Of a stretch of 64,000 bases of DNA, positions 49,411 through 62,808 are shown piece by piece. The position numbers and the translations under genes were made by a program. How positions within the stretch are numbered: the stretch's first letter is position 1; each line of letters opens with the position of its first letter. Source of the stretch: Bugula neritina (Eukaryota; Animalia; Bryozoa); the NCBI GenBank assembly GCA_964035545.1, contig OZ037768.1, positions 18,955,700 to 19,019,699 on the forward strand, written 5' to 3'. The notes under the pieces were generated by a model that saw only the letters and a list, made by a program, of their open reading frames with translations, was not told the origin of the DNA and did not search any database.

Positions 49411-52400
49411 TAGAAAGTACAGAGCAGCTACGTCACTTTTGTCAACTACCAACCCTTGAATGACATTATCCATTCAGCTGGGGCAGAAGGTGGCTTTAAA
49501 TACAGTAGTTGTAAGACAACCCACAGCGTATCGACGGTGCCCTAGATGGCTTGAGATGTTGATGACCGCCCAAGGCTACAGTGAGCATCTAGGTGATATA
49601 ATGTCAATGCCAGCTTCAAGCTAGCTTCTAATGCATTTTGCATAATAGTGTATTTCTTTGTGATGTAGGGCTGTAGTAATGACAGCAGGTAGTCGAAGTT
49701 TTTAAGAGTCATCCGAAAATATTTCCTGCGCCTCATTTACCCTCTAGCGGGTTAAAACTTGTTGCTCTATTAGTAATAGTTCCGGCTTGCTTGGAGCTAA
49801 CACTAACTCATGGTTGTGAATGTGGCCCAGACTTGCTGGTTATCACCCAGTCAGTCTAATGGCGATCACTCGTTCTGATTTAAAAAAACATAGTGAAGGG
49901 TTGAATGCTTTCCTGCTTAGGTGATGATTGGTGTTATCTCGTGCAACCCTTCTCACAGCGAGTGGTAGTTTGTCACAAAGGTCACCAAAGTGAAAACTTG
50001 TTAAGTAAAGGTGATGTACTTTACCTTATTGACTGTAGCAATTCTCTACAGCGATTAGCGATGTTACATCTTCCTTAACGAGCCTTATTTTTTCCATTTT
50101 GACATACGCTTGCTGAACACAGAATGGCACATATCTGAATTTCTACTATTCAAGCAGTTTCACATACATTTATAGGCATTTGCCTGGTAAATTTCTTTTA
50201 CACTCTTCAAATCTTGCTTGAGGTTCTAATCTTTTTCTTCCGGGTCTGGTTTTTATTAAATTTATACAAACTTGTTGAGATAATTTTCATCCATATTCTA
50301 TGTTTATGATAAAATACTAACACTACCAGTAACTTTTTGTTATTCAATTGTTCAAGAATAGTCAATCATTTTCTTTCTCAACATTGAACTGTAAATTGTG
50401 GTGCGGTTTTACCATTGTTTCATCGTGGTAGGTTTTCTGTTGGGTTATTGTGCTCACCTTGGATCTCCGCAAGTTGAATGAAAATTTAAGCTATTGGCTA
50501 TTTCTACGTTTGATCTTTTAGCTGTTCCATTTGTTTTCCTATTTTAGTTGGTTGTTTTTTTATTAATATCAAAACGTTTATTTGCAGCAATGACTGATTT
50601 ACTATTAGGTATTAAGTTGTCTTTTACTGTAACAGTTTTTTTTCTGTGTTTACTCTATATTTCAACTATAGAGACTTGTAAAATTCATTTTTTCAGTCTT
50701 TAAGCATGTTCATAGCTCTCATTTTCTTGAGACTTTGCACATAGAAAAATGGACTGCTTGATTATCTCTATTTCTGCTTTGAAAATTTCCTTATCGGAGC
50801 TTTGCAAGGCAATGATCGACATCTTTCAATAAAAAGGATTTGACGGTTTTCATACATCCTAATCTGATACATCATTATGAAGCTCAGAAGTGCACTACTT
50901 CTGTTACTTATATCATGAATATAACTATGAACATGCCATGCTTGTACAAGAAAGACTTGATAGCTTCAGCCTGAATGCCCTTACCAATTTAAAAAGTAAT
51001 GCAGCTATTTTATTGCAAGTTTGGCTTAATCTAAAATTAAAAGTATAAACTTTTTTTATTTCTTAAAGCTTCTACTACAAAAATGTATAAATTAGTATTT
51101 AAGATTAACGTATCATTTCTCTTACCCAGATACAAAAGAGCAGAATTCTGGAAGAATTGTAGCGAATTTTTTTCTATTTTAGTCCATTAGTTGTGTGGTG
51201 TATCATTCAGTCTATTGCGTGGAGTGCAAGTCGAGTTTATATGACACAGAGAACTATCTTTTCTAGTTTTTATAATAGAACACCTCCTGGGGGAACCCAT
51301 TATAAAAAATATAAAAATATTTTTCCGGTTTTGTATGAAGTTAGAGCATCAGTTGCCAAGTTTTTTCCGTGTTGCGATAAAAGTTGTATAATTTCTATAT
51401 ATGAAACTAGTGGCTACTGGCTAATACCATCGTTCTCATTACTCCGTTTACTAAGCTTAGCTGGGGCAATAATTGGGACTACAGCATTATGTAGAGTTTT
51501 TTAAATTTATTTTTCGTGATGCTTCTTACTACGTTGCTCCAGGCTCTTCAGGTATTTGATTGTTATAAAGAAAATATACCCAAGCACTAAGCTCATTCTC
51601 TGAACCAGTAATCTTGTAACCTCTTTTTCTGCAAAAGTCTGTCAGAGCTTCAATATCCGAAGTTTTAACTTCTGTTAAACCAATCAGATCATCTTTCTTT
51701 AACTTGCAATTATTAGTTTGATTAGTAGGCCTATCCATTTTAAAAAGTACAGAGCAGCTACGTCACTTTTGTCAACTACTAACCATTGAATGACCTTCAT
51801 CCATTCAGCTGGGCTAGAAGGTTGCTTTAAATATAGTGGTTTTAAGACAACCCACAGCGTATCGAGGGTGCCCTAGATAGTTTGAGATGTTGATGACCGG
51901 CCAAGCCTATAGTGGGCAGCTAGGTGATGTAGTGTCAATGCCAGCTTCAAGCTAGCTGCTAATGCATTTCGCATAATAGTGTCTTTCTTTGTGATGTAGG
52001 GCTGGAGTAATGACAGCTAATAGTCGAAGTTTTCAGAAGTCATTCGAAAATATTTCCTGCGCCTCATTTACCCTCCAGCGGGTTAAAACTTGTTGCTCTA
52101 TTAGTAATAGTTCCGGCTTGCTTGGAGCTAACACTAACTCATGGTTGTGAATGTGGCCCAGACTTGCTGGTTATCACCCAGTCAATCTAATGGCGATCAC
52201 TCGTTCTGATATAAAAAAACATGGTGAAGGGTTGAATGCTTTCCTGCTTAGGTGATGATTATTATTATCTCGTGCAACCCTTCTCACAGCGAGTGGTAGT
52301 TTGTCACAAAGGTGATCAATGTAAAAAACTGTCGTAAAGTAAAGCTGATGTACTTCACCTAATTGACTGTAGCAATTCTCTACAATATTGCCAAAACCTA

Positions 52401-53593
52401 TTAGCGGTTTTACATCTTCCTTAACAGGCCCTATTTATTTCGACATACGCTTGCTGAACACGGAATGGCACATATCTGAATTCCTACTATTCAAGCAGTT
52501 TCACATACATTTATATGCATTTGCCTGGTAAATTTCTTTTACACCCTTCAAACCTTGCTTGAGGTTCTAATCTTTTTCTTCCGGGTCTGGTTTTTATTAA
52601 ATTTATACAAACTTGTTGAGATAATTTTCATCCATATTCTATGTTAAAATACTAACACTACCAGTAACTTTTTGTTATTCAATTGTTCAAGAATAGTCAA
52701 ACATTTTCTTTCTAAACAGTGAACTGTAAATTGTGGTGCGGTTTTACCATTGTTTCATCGTAGTAGGTTTTCTATAGAGTTATTCTGCTCACCTTGAATC
52801 TCCACAAGTTAAATGAAAATTTAAGCTCCTGGCTATTTCTACATTTGATCTTTCAGCTGTTCCATTTGCTTTCCTATTTTAGTTGGTTGCTTTTCTATTA
52901 ATAACAAAATTTTATTTGCAACAATGATTGAAATACTAATAGGTATTGAGTTGTCTTTTACTGTAAACGTTTTTTTTTTCTGTGTTTACTTTATATTTCA
53001 ACTATAGAGACTTGTAAATTCCTTTTTTTCAGTCTTTAAGCATCTTCATAGCTCTCATTTTCTTGAGACTTTGCACATAGAAAGATAGACTGCTTGATTA
53101 TCTCTATTTCTGCTTTGAAAATTTCCCCATCGGAGCTTTGCAAGGCAATGATCGACATCTTTGAATAAAAAGGATTTGACGGTTTTCACACATCCTAATC
53201 TTATACATACATTATGAAGCTCACAAGTGCACTACTCGTGTTATTTATATCATGAATATAACTACGAACATGTAGTGCTTGTACAGGAAAAAAATGATAG
53301 CTCCAGCCTGAATGCACTTCCCAATTTGAAAATTAATGCAGCTATATGATGGCATGTTTGCCCTAATCTAAAATTAAAAGTATAAACTTTGTCTACTTTT
53401 AAAGCTTCTACTACAAAAATGTATAAATTAGTATTTAAGATTAAGATATCATTTCTCTTACTCAGCTACAAAAGAGCAGAATTCTAGAATTGTGGCTGAA
53501 TTTTTTTCTATTTTAGTCCGTCAGTTGTGTAGTGTATCATTCAGTCTATTATTTGCAGTGCAAGTAGACTTTAGATAACACACCAAACTATCT
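48430..53593. repeat. ~2.3-kb tandem repeat (~2.2 copies) of a composite transposon-derived unit
   Basis: gctttgcaaggcaatgatcgacatc at 48495, 50799 and 53135; long collinear blocks, e.g. 49420-49860 vs 51750-52200. Confidence 0.92.
49440..49740 (-). mobile_element. PIF/Harbinger transposase N-terminal fragment (second copy ~51780-52070)
   Basis: YFRMT..NFDYLLSLLQPYITKK.T.MRNAL....KLALTL.HL...YRLGRST. Confidence 0.7.
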
Positions 53594-54159
53594 CACCTAC
53601 CACTTTAAGATAAACAATCTATAGTTTTAAAGGTTAGGTTAGGATAATTAACAATCCTTCTGTAGCAGTATCTGCATAAACACTTACACGTGCAACATAA
53701 CTTGTTTCCTCACCATCATCACCACTGTCATTCGCACTACTCTCACCATTATTAGAATCAACCATCTGCACTAAATCATGATTTTCTTCTGCCTCATCGC
53801 AAAACTGTTTCATGAGAGCAAGCTCTCTCTGACTCTTTTAAATAGTGCTGACAAGTACACTGGTATGCTGCATTACAAAGATATTATGAATAACTATTTG
53901 AAAGCATGAAATCAGCATGTGTTTTAATTTATAAAGCAATAGTGTTAGCGTAAGAGTGCAAAGTTGAAACATGTAAGGTTTACAGAGAAATAGGAAGTCA
54001 CAATATCATTGTTAGCCATGTATGAGTTTAGAAAGTTTTAGAAGTTTTATTAGTGTAAGCAAAGCAGTAAAATTTGTCAATACTTATCTGAAACTTGTTC
54101 TACAAAACAAATAAAAATTGTTCGAGAATACAATGCTTTAAGAATACAATTCATATAAC

Positions 54160-55700
54160 TAACCAGGATATATGAAGGAAATCCATAAATTGTAGCATCA
54201 TGCTAGCAATCACCCTCAACACAATAGCGGGATGATCTTTATGGAAGAGATGAGTTGCTACCTTGCTTGGCTTGGTGAAGACGCTTGACCTCAGCAACTC
54301 CACATATGTCTATCGGAGTTCTATCAATTTCATGATGAGGAACATATAGCATGGCGTTTTCAATGACCAGATTGGATTTCTACATCACCACTATCTCTCA
54401 ACAGTTTGAAAACATCGAAAGCATCATTTATCGTGAGATGTTGAGCCCGGATCAGCCTATCAAGTTTCCCTTGCACTACTGCCGATTCACCATCTGCCTC
54501 TCCTTTCCCATGCCTGCTACCAAAGAAATTCCATGTGACATTGAATGGAATGTTATATGACTGTTCGATGTTATGCATTGGCAGTTTGCTCTTGTATTGA
54601 GCTGCACAGCCATCAGACCACATAGCAACATCTGTAACTTTTGGGTATAAAAGATTGTAGGTGTGATCCTAATACTGTCATGAAGTGTTGCACAGCATAT
54701 GCGTCATGTTTGAGGTCATTGGAGATGATTACTAATGAGTCACGTTTTACAGTAGCATTTGATGGAAAAATTAAAACAAATGGGTGAATTGTTACTGATT
54801 TATGACAGTAGTAAGCAGACTGGGCCTCCGCAAATTGTCCACACATAATTTTCAGCAAAGTCAGCAACAACTACTACCTGTCCAGACTTTAATGATGCTT
54901 TACATTTGGTAAATGCAGAAAATTGCGAGATACAGTTGTAAAGGTGGTATGTAAATGTTTTTAATTGACTATACAACTCATTTGCTAACTCCCATCTCTC
55001 TCCTCTTGCAACTACTTTTCGTATTCGACAAATCTCTTTTTCATTGATGTATTCAGTCACCTTCGACCATTTAATGTATGATAGCTTCACACAGTCATCA
55101 TCTTGACTCCATTGTTGAAGTAGATCATTTATTCTGCCCACTCCACAAAGGCTGCATTTCCCGTCGATATGCGGAAAAGAGCGCAAGCTGCACACAGTGG
55201 CTTTGGTGGTCTCTACCTCATTTGATAAGTCCAGTGGTATATTGATGAGGCTTTTTGCTGCTGAAGGTTGAATAGCAGCAAGCAAGCTTTTTATATTGTC
55301 ACATGTGTCACAAAGACATTGCAGAGACTTGGATGCACTCATGAGTGACGTCACAAGGCTTCAACTTATCAAAAGTGGTCTTTTTGGTAGAAACCTCCGG
55401 ATGTTCAGTCTTATAAATGTCAAAAACATGTTGCCTGGAAAATTTAAGTACCCTGAGTATATTCCCTTTGCGTTGTTTATTCAGGTAAGTTGTCATTACT
55501 TGGTCACTGTAATAAAAAATCCTAACAGAGTCAACAACTTTCAGTGGTGTCAGATTCTTACCTTTTTGTGATATATAATGAAAGCGGTTCCTAGATATCT
55601 TTATGCATTCGCTTACTGCTGACTTATTACAGCTGGCAAGTTTTTTAACCAACACTTTTTCAACTGTCGGCTATAACTTGATCCTCATTGTCATTCACGG
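54160..55700 (-). mobile_element. Sola2-like transposase relic
   Basis: CLCDTCDN, DFAENY, VTIHP, ISNDLKHD, WSDGCAAQYKS, WNFFGSRHGKGEADG; frameshifted. Confidence 0.75.
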
Positions 55701-56049
55701 TTGACATAGTCCCTAGCAACTTTGACTCAGTTGAATCAACTGGGCCAGAGTTGACTGATAATAGACCCGTTTCCATAGTTAGGTATACTAGGTCTATATG
55801 AACTTACCTCAAACTTGGTATTCTTAGACATACTCAACGTTTGAGATAATTAGTACAGAGATTTATTGGCACGTCTACCTTTGACAGCGTCAGTGTAAGA
55901 AAAGGCTGAACAGCGTGTTCGTTGCACATGACTGGGGCACTTCAAAATTGGCGGGTTAATTCCGCCCACTTTCTCTACCGAGCACACATGAGTTAGTTGT
56001 TTAACAGATTGCTAAATTTAGCTTGTCTATCATAATTTAATTTCTGTGT

Positions 56050-57420
56050 GGATTTGACAATGTTAAACTTTTTTGAATCATTTGTTTGTCATTGTTCTTT
56101 GGATAAAGGGTCTTCAAATCTCTAGGATGAGTGTCTGGCAGCACTCTACCTTGTAGTGCAGCTAGTGATGGCATTTTATCACTTATTGAAGTATTTCCTA
56201 AATTTTTCACGCTATTCTAAAATGTTTGGCCTTCAGCTTGGCATCTTTTTAGCAAAACCTTTGTGACCCTATCATACCTTTTAGGGCATCCATTACTTGG
56301 CAGATACCCTGGTAAAAATGTGAAATGCCCAATACCTTGTTCATTCAAAAATCTTTTGAACTGTAGACTAGTAAACTGTGGCCTATTATCACTTTCTAGT
56401 ACACTCTCAATGCCAAACTTGGCAAATGTTTTCTCAAACTTTCCGTCTTTAATTGCTCAATATTTAACCACATGCTTAAGTAATCTACAATTAGCATTGA
56501 ATCATTACCATCCAAAAACAACAAGTTAGGGTTCTACTGTATGAAAGGGTATTTTAGTGTTTTGTTTTTTGTTTTGCACTGTTGCTCAATTTTTTCTCTA
56601 CATTGCATGTATGGCTGAATTATTTCCTTAATTTGATTGTTCATGCCAGTTTTAAATACTGCTGTTTTTGCCAATACTTTTATTTTTAACAATATATTGA
56701 TGTCATTTCTGTAGCTTTTGCAAAATCCTCGTTTGTTTTGATAGATACTACCAGTCTTGACTAACAAATAGAAATGCATCACAAATTCCAATCTCATAGC
56801 ACCATAGCCAATTTCTTCTCATCAAAACTGCATAGTTTTTTATCTGGTAGCCATTCATTAAATACAAATAGTTTGAGTGCCTGCAGTTCTCTGTTGCTCA
56901 AAACTGCTTGCTTGTTTTCTGCTGTAATTTGAGCAGAGCAAAATATGATTTCAAGATCAAATTCTGCGACATTTACAAATGCTTCTATTTCATGATAAGA
57001 TGCTGTACTCAGCATATCTCTGTTAAACTGCCTAGGATCTATGCAACGTCCTATTTGATTGTTAGGCTATTCTGCTATTGCAGAGGGTGAAACCCAACCT
57101 GCAAGCTCATTGCATTTTTGAATAGTTTCTAATTTTTCAAGCCTACCAAGCTCAGCTTTTACTTTTGGTTTTACATTCATGGCAACATGCCTAACATCAC
57201 ATACTACTGGTTTAGCCTCCGGTCTTAGTGTTATGTGGTGTTCTATGTTCAGTTTTCCAAACCCATCAAAAACATCCTTGAATTTTTCAACTATCAAATT
57301 ACTGCTATCTACCTGTTCTATCTGTTCTGGTTCTATTAGACCAAACTGCATGGTAGTTGGCAAGCTTAAATTATGTGTGTATTTTCAGTGGTTATATAGA
57401 ACTCAGATTTATAGTTTTAA
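56050..57420 (-). mobile_element. Gypsy-like pol fragments (RT N-terminus, integrase)
   Basis: FKDVFDG.GKL...HHITL...AKPV...VKAELGRLE..., SDNRPQFTS..F..F...GI.H. Confidence 0.75.
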
Positions 57421-57439
57421 AAGGTTTTAAAAGCAGTGA

Positions 57440-58830
57440 TGTTTGTTTGTTTCTTTGTTTTTATTTTGTCATAGTAGGGAAAAAATTAATTGAGAAAAAA
57501 ATAAACAAAATGACAGGGCCTATGGCGCAATAGCACTGTAGCTAGTCGAGGCACCGAGCCATGAATGGTTGACAGTTATATAAGATTTTTGTTTAGGTTT
57601 TTGGAAGTTTTAGCAACTTAAAAAGTATTATTTTTTTATCTGGAAATTTGCCATTAGATGGTCTCTCAGGGCAAGTTTGAAACCAGCCTCCCTCCCCACA
57701 GCACGAATAGAACTAGGCAATTTATTCCATAGCGTCGAACATTGGAATTCCACTCTTCGTTGACCTGCAGCAGTTGATGATGGAGGAGTTTGTAGGCTGA
57801 ACTCTGAAAATCTTGTGGGATAGTTATGTGTGAGATGTGTTAGTTGAGAATAGTAAAGTTTATGTGAGAGCAGTATTAGTTTGAATTTGTGTAGAGTGTG
57901 AATAGGCATGATTGAAGAACTAAGAAACAGTGGTTTAGATGGGGAAAGGTGATGCTTTTTATATATAATTCTCAGTATTTTCTTTTGCAGTAAATGTAGT
58001 GGTTCAAGATAAATGTTTGCTGCATTACCCCACGATTCTAGGCAATATGTTAATTTAGAATTTACAAAAGAGTTATATATTTGTATTAGAATTTTTCTAG
58101 GTAGGTGATTGGAACATTTACTTATCAAGCCTACTAAGGGCCTTAGGTTTTGACAAAGTTTGCTGCAATGTTGTTGCCAAGAAAGATGTGAATCTATTAT
58201 AATACCTAAGAAGGTAGTTGATTTTACTTCCACTAATTTTTTGTTAAACATTTCTAATGCAAAGCCATTTAAATCTTGTTTATTTTGTGCTGTTTTGATT
58301 ATCATATAGTTTGTTTTACTCATATTAACAGTTAATTTATTTTTATTGCACCAATTTTCAATTTTCTTCAATTCACAGTTTATGATGTCCATATTGTTTA
58401 ATAGATTTTTTGATTCAAAGAAGAGGTTCATATCGTCGGCAAATAATATAGGGTCTAAATGCATAGTTACATCTGGAAGATCATTTATATAAATTAGGAA
58501 TAGTGTGGGACCAAGTATGGATCCTTGTGGTACTCCACATGTGATATGAATAAAGTCAGAATATGTGTTGTTAATAATAGTAGACTGTTGACGATTGGAC
58601 AAATAATTTTTAATTAGCTTCACACTGTGACTTGAAAAGTGGAGCATTTTTAATTTAGCTAATAAGATTTCATGATTTATTGTGTCAAAGGCCTTACTAA
58701 AATCGAGGAAAATTCCAGCTACAGAATTACCATTGTTCATGGCATTTAAAACCTTGTTTGTTAGATTAATTAAGGCAATATTTGTGTTTCTATTTCGTCT
58801 AAAGCCGTACTGGACTGAAGACATGTCTTT
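57440..58830 (-). mobile_element. 5'-truncated L2/CR1-group LINE with open RT C-terminal half, 3' UTR hairpin and (AAAC)n tail
   Basis: QYGFR, DFSKAFDTINH, GVPQGSILGP, LFADD, FLGI; stop at 57628; tail gcctcgactagc...aaacaaacaaac. Confidence 0.9.
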
Positions 58831-59460
58831 CTGCTTGCCCTGCAACTGCAAATTCACTTTTGATATGTGCTCACTGATATTAGCCAGAAATGCTAAATCT
58901 GAGATCCAATGCTTGCCTGTAAACTCAGGATGCTCATGCCCTTACTTTGCATAAATACATATATTTCATTTAGCAAATAGTAAAATCAGTGCAATGCTTT
59001 GGTACTACTAAGCCACCTGATTTTGCAGTAATATGTGACATCTTCAAAGTCAAATTCGAACTCTTCCAGCATAACTTTGAACGATCGATGATTCAAAGCT
59101 CTTGATCATATAAATTTGATTGTGGAAACTACTACTTGCATCACATGATTCATCTTTAAAGTATGTGCTGCCAAGTTTTCTTGATGTATGACACAGTGGT
59201 ACATAAGAAGCATAGGGGCATTATCCCAAAGAGGCAATTTGAGCAATCATCCAATTCGTCTGTTGGCTTTTCCAGTCATGACAGGAGCTCCATCTGTACA
59301 CAAACCTGACATCTTTTCCAAAGACAAACTAAAATCTGTCAGTGCTTTCAGCAAGTTGTTATAGATACCCTTGTGGCTCCATGCATGTTACACATTGTTA
59401 GAAAATCCTCAGTAACATTAAACTTGTCATCAACATAAAATTTTTAAGCTGAGCAACATT
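58830..59460 (-). mobile_element. hAT (Buster/SPIN/GTF2IRD2-like) transposase fragment
   Basis: CTDGAPVMTG, YHCVIHQENL, RALNHR.F, RWLS, W..DLAFL..I..H...NLQLQGK. Confidence 0.85.
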
Positions 59461-59479
59461 AGAAATAGTATTTTGTAAA

Positions 59480-59760
59480 ATACTGAAGATTTCAGTTATT
59501 TTTTGGGACTTTTTACTCCCGATCAACTTTTCTCCGCATTGCCATCTTTGAAAGTTATTATTTTTGTAGTTGTAGAAAAAAACTGCGTTTTACACAGGGC
59601 AGTTGTAGACTGTTGGACTTGTAGTTGTACTCTTTACCTTTTCTTTTCAAGTTGTTTTCAGTTGATTTCAAGGTGGCAAGACACTGGTAATAATTGTCTA
59701 ATAAATTGCCTGGATCATCTGACCATGGATGTTTGGTACTCCAAATTTTCATCTCTTTGT
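59480..59760 (-). mobile_element. BEL/Pao pol fragment
   Basis: HPWSDDPGNLLDNY..CLA.LKST pattern. Confidence 0.55.
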
Positions 59761-60210
59761 CATACGCCGGGTTCGACGCATCTGGGATAGCCAGAGCGTC
59801 TGCCCACCGAGGGAAGTGGTCCGTGAGCACCAGTATTCAGATGTTCCCTCTGGCGGATAACGGCATAGGCCCGACGAGGTCTACCGCCACTACTTGCCAC
59901 GGTCGACCAGCGTATAGCCGGCGTCGACCAGTGGTTTCCGAGGGGTGGCCTTGCTTACTAGCTTAGCAGACCTCGCATTGCCGTATCCGCAGTCGTACGT
60001 TCCGAGTCATTCCTGGCTAGTACCAACGCAGCTGCAGACACCTGATGACCCGACTGACTCCAGCATGAGCCTGTTTATGGGTGTCCCAAATCAGTTCCCG
60101 TCGAAGGGCACGTGGACAGACGCGGTCTTTCTGGCGGACGATTGTCTGCTGCGAGCGTTATCATCAGGAGGCCATCAGGACTGACCTTGCGGGAATCCCA
60201 GCAACGGCAG
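59760..60210 (-). mobile_element. GC-rich Gypsy integrase fragment
   Basis: WYWPGM...IRQCEVC...GRPWQVVAVDLVGP.P...GN..ILVLTDHF.RW.DA. Confidence 0.85.
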
Positions 60211-60229
60211 GGAAAGCTTCGTTTGGAGT

Positions 60230-60860
60230 TTTCTCCCCAACTTGACTTCTGCAGAAGAAAATCCAGTAGCAGAGTGTGGTGTTAAATGAAAGCTCAGCAG
60301 AAACTTTCTCAACTAAGCTTTATGGTCTTTGCCTAAAATGTGAGCTATCTAACAAACTGCGGTCCATTGTCTGTTCTTATACTTGATGGAACTCCCCATC
60401 AACAGAACATAGTTTCAATAGCTTCAACTATCTTTGTCACAACTGTTGACCTCAGAAACGCTATCTCAAAATGACGATTGTAATAGTCCGCCACCACGAG
60501 AATACCCTTTCCATTGGGCAATGGACTCAGTAAATCACAAGCAATGTGTTCCCATGGCCTGTCTGGCATTTTTGTACTGGACATGGGTGGTGGTCTGCTC
60601 GGTACACTGACAAGCTGGCACTCATAGCAATCTTTACAAAACCTCTCTGCGTCTGATCCATGCCTGGCCACCACAATTTTGTGAGCAATAACTTCCACAA
60701 AATGTTTCACTTGCCTTTCACAGAAGTGTTCACTTAAGGTTTCACTATGAACTCCCCAAGCCCAGTGTTGTAATTTTGTGAGTGTATAGATTAAGCAGTC
60801 TGCATGCCAGTACTATTCTTTTATAAAATACAAATCTCTTTGAATGAGTTAATATAATAG
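60230..60860 (-). mobile_element. Second Gypsy integrase fragment (different family)
   Basis: CKDCYECQLV...PDRPWEHIACDLL.PLPNG..ILVVADYY. Confidence 0.8.
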
Positions 60861-60965
60861 CCATTATTTTACTCTTATGTATCTTCATAGAACTCCAGTG
60901 TAAGACTGACTGTACACTGGAAATTCTCTTCCTTATCTAGCAGCAAGATTTCCCGCCACCTCGAG

Positions 60966-61086
60966 TGTCCGAAACTCGGTCGAGATTCGGAGTTCCGTTG
61001 GTTGAAGTCGGAAGGGTCTGTCCGAAATCGAACAGACCCCTCCGAAGTCACACCTCGAGCTCCGATCTCGGTCGAGTTTCGGCTCA
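60966..61086. repeat. GC-rich ~120-bp foldback (imperfect palindrome)
   Basis: ccgaaactcg...cgagtttcgg outer arms; tcggaagggtctgtccga/tcgaacagacccctccga inner stem. Confidence 0.8.
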
Positions 61087-61149
61087 CATAACTTCGATTG
61101 TTTAATTTAAAAAAATGTGGCGGGGGAGTACAACTCTACAGAAAAAAAA

Positions 61150-62750
61150 TATAATGCTAGTATAAACATATCTACATTTCCATTACACCAGTCTAGTGCA
61201 AGAAAAATTTTACAGAATGCTTTATTAGATTGATTAGAGTTTGCATAAGATTTTCAACAGCTGAAAATCCAATTTTTAGCTCAAAATAATATCTTCATTA
61301 TGGTGTTTAGTATTTAAATAACTCAATCTGCCTGTACAGTCTTTCAACATTTATAATTCATATAAATTCTGCTCATTCATAGTAACTGTGTTCTGGTTTT
61401 CGCCAACCGATTTACACTAAGTTTTCAAACTTCTAATTATGGTAATGAGTTTTTCATTGGTGTTTGGAAACAGTTGCATCCAATAAAGCCATAAACATAG
61501 GTTCCCACAACCTCAAATCCATGAATACAAGCATTCATGTAGGCCTACTGTGATCATGTAGGCCTACTGTTATTGAGAACTTTGATGTTGGTTGAACCTT
61601 GTATCTACAAATAGTTTTTTTTTTGTAGAACAGGAAAACATCGCAGCAATATCTTTGAAAAAGAAGTTGTCAGATGGTCAGCAGGAACAAATATCTTTCA
61701 GGATCATGCTTTCAGTACAAATAGGTGACAGCAGCTTAGTTATGGCAATATATTGTTTTGGTACTGTTGCAGCTGAAGAGGTGCAAACTCTGCAAGGTAG
61801 TGATGCTGTGTCTCGAATAAGGCTCAAAGTTCTTATACAGAAGTCCAGGCAACAAAAAAACTAGAAAATGGATTCAAATTGTTTAGGGGAGACAGCTCCT
61901 GAATGCTGTCTTAGGAAAATTATGGAGCTATCTATGATATTAGTAAGAATGAGAGACTCATTGGAAATTACCCAGTGGTAAAAATTTACAACAGGTTAAG
62001 GAATTCTCTACCCTTCTGCATGGTTATTAGTTCACAGTCAAAAGTTTTATAAAACAACTTGTGCTTTGTATTTCTTCTATTGCAAATTGGCTCACTGTTC
62101 AGGAGTGTAAACCTTTCTTTCTCACCAGTGCCGTCAATGGAATGTGTTTCTTCTTGATTAACCATCAGGAGTAAGCTTTTCAAAAAGCTAACAAATTGTA
62201 AGCAAGATCTATGCTCATCACCTTATCACTACTATGCCATGTTAGCAATAGGTTATAAGGCTTTGCCTTCTACAGCTCTAATGTTTTGTTCAGTTTCTCT
62301 CTCATGCTTAAAGTACTGTGTTCTGATACACTTATGGGTGTTTTATATTGTAATATAAATTACGGTTGTCTTAAATTTATAAACAATTTTCTCTGATGAT
62401 GACCTTGGTAATCTTTGAAATATTAGTAAGGATCTACCAGTTTTTCATCATACTTCATTAGTTTTAGAATGAAGTATTTTAATAAGCAGGAAGTTTGTAT
62501 TTTACTTTTTGGTCTGTCTAAATTATCACACTTTATTGTTTTTGCTATAAATTGTATGTTTGATCAAATAGAACATCTGAAACAAATGCACTCAATTTTT
62601 TTCTCGTAACAGCTAAATTTTACATGAGTTTTAGACTGTAGCAAGTCTATGATGCAAGATTTCATGATCATAATATCTTCGTGTTGATCACGTTTGAAAC
62701 TGCTTCAGGATAAGCTGTGCTGATTTATACATGTATCAGTTTTCTTGGAA
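61150..62750 (-). mobile_element. Heavily degraded DNA-transposon (probably hAT) coding relic
   Basis: Coding-like fragments including a VERL-type C-terminal motif; no clear TIR/TSD found. Confidence 0.35.
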
Positions 62751-62808
62751 AAGATATTGCAAAACTGCTAGTCAACAAAACTTTGGTTAGTAGTGGAGCT
62801 TGACCAGA

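Noticed and set aside
57628-58857. 409-aa ORF as a novel hAT-RT fusion gene
   Set aside because: Only ~10 N-terminal residues come from the flanking hAT relic, the start is GTG and the RT is 5'-truncated; a chance in-frame junction
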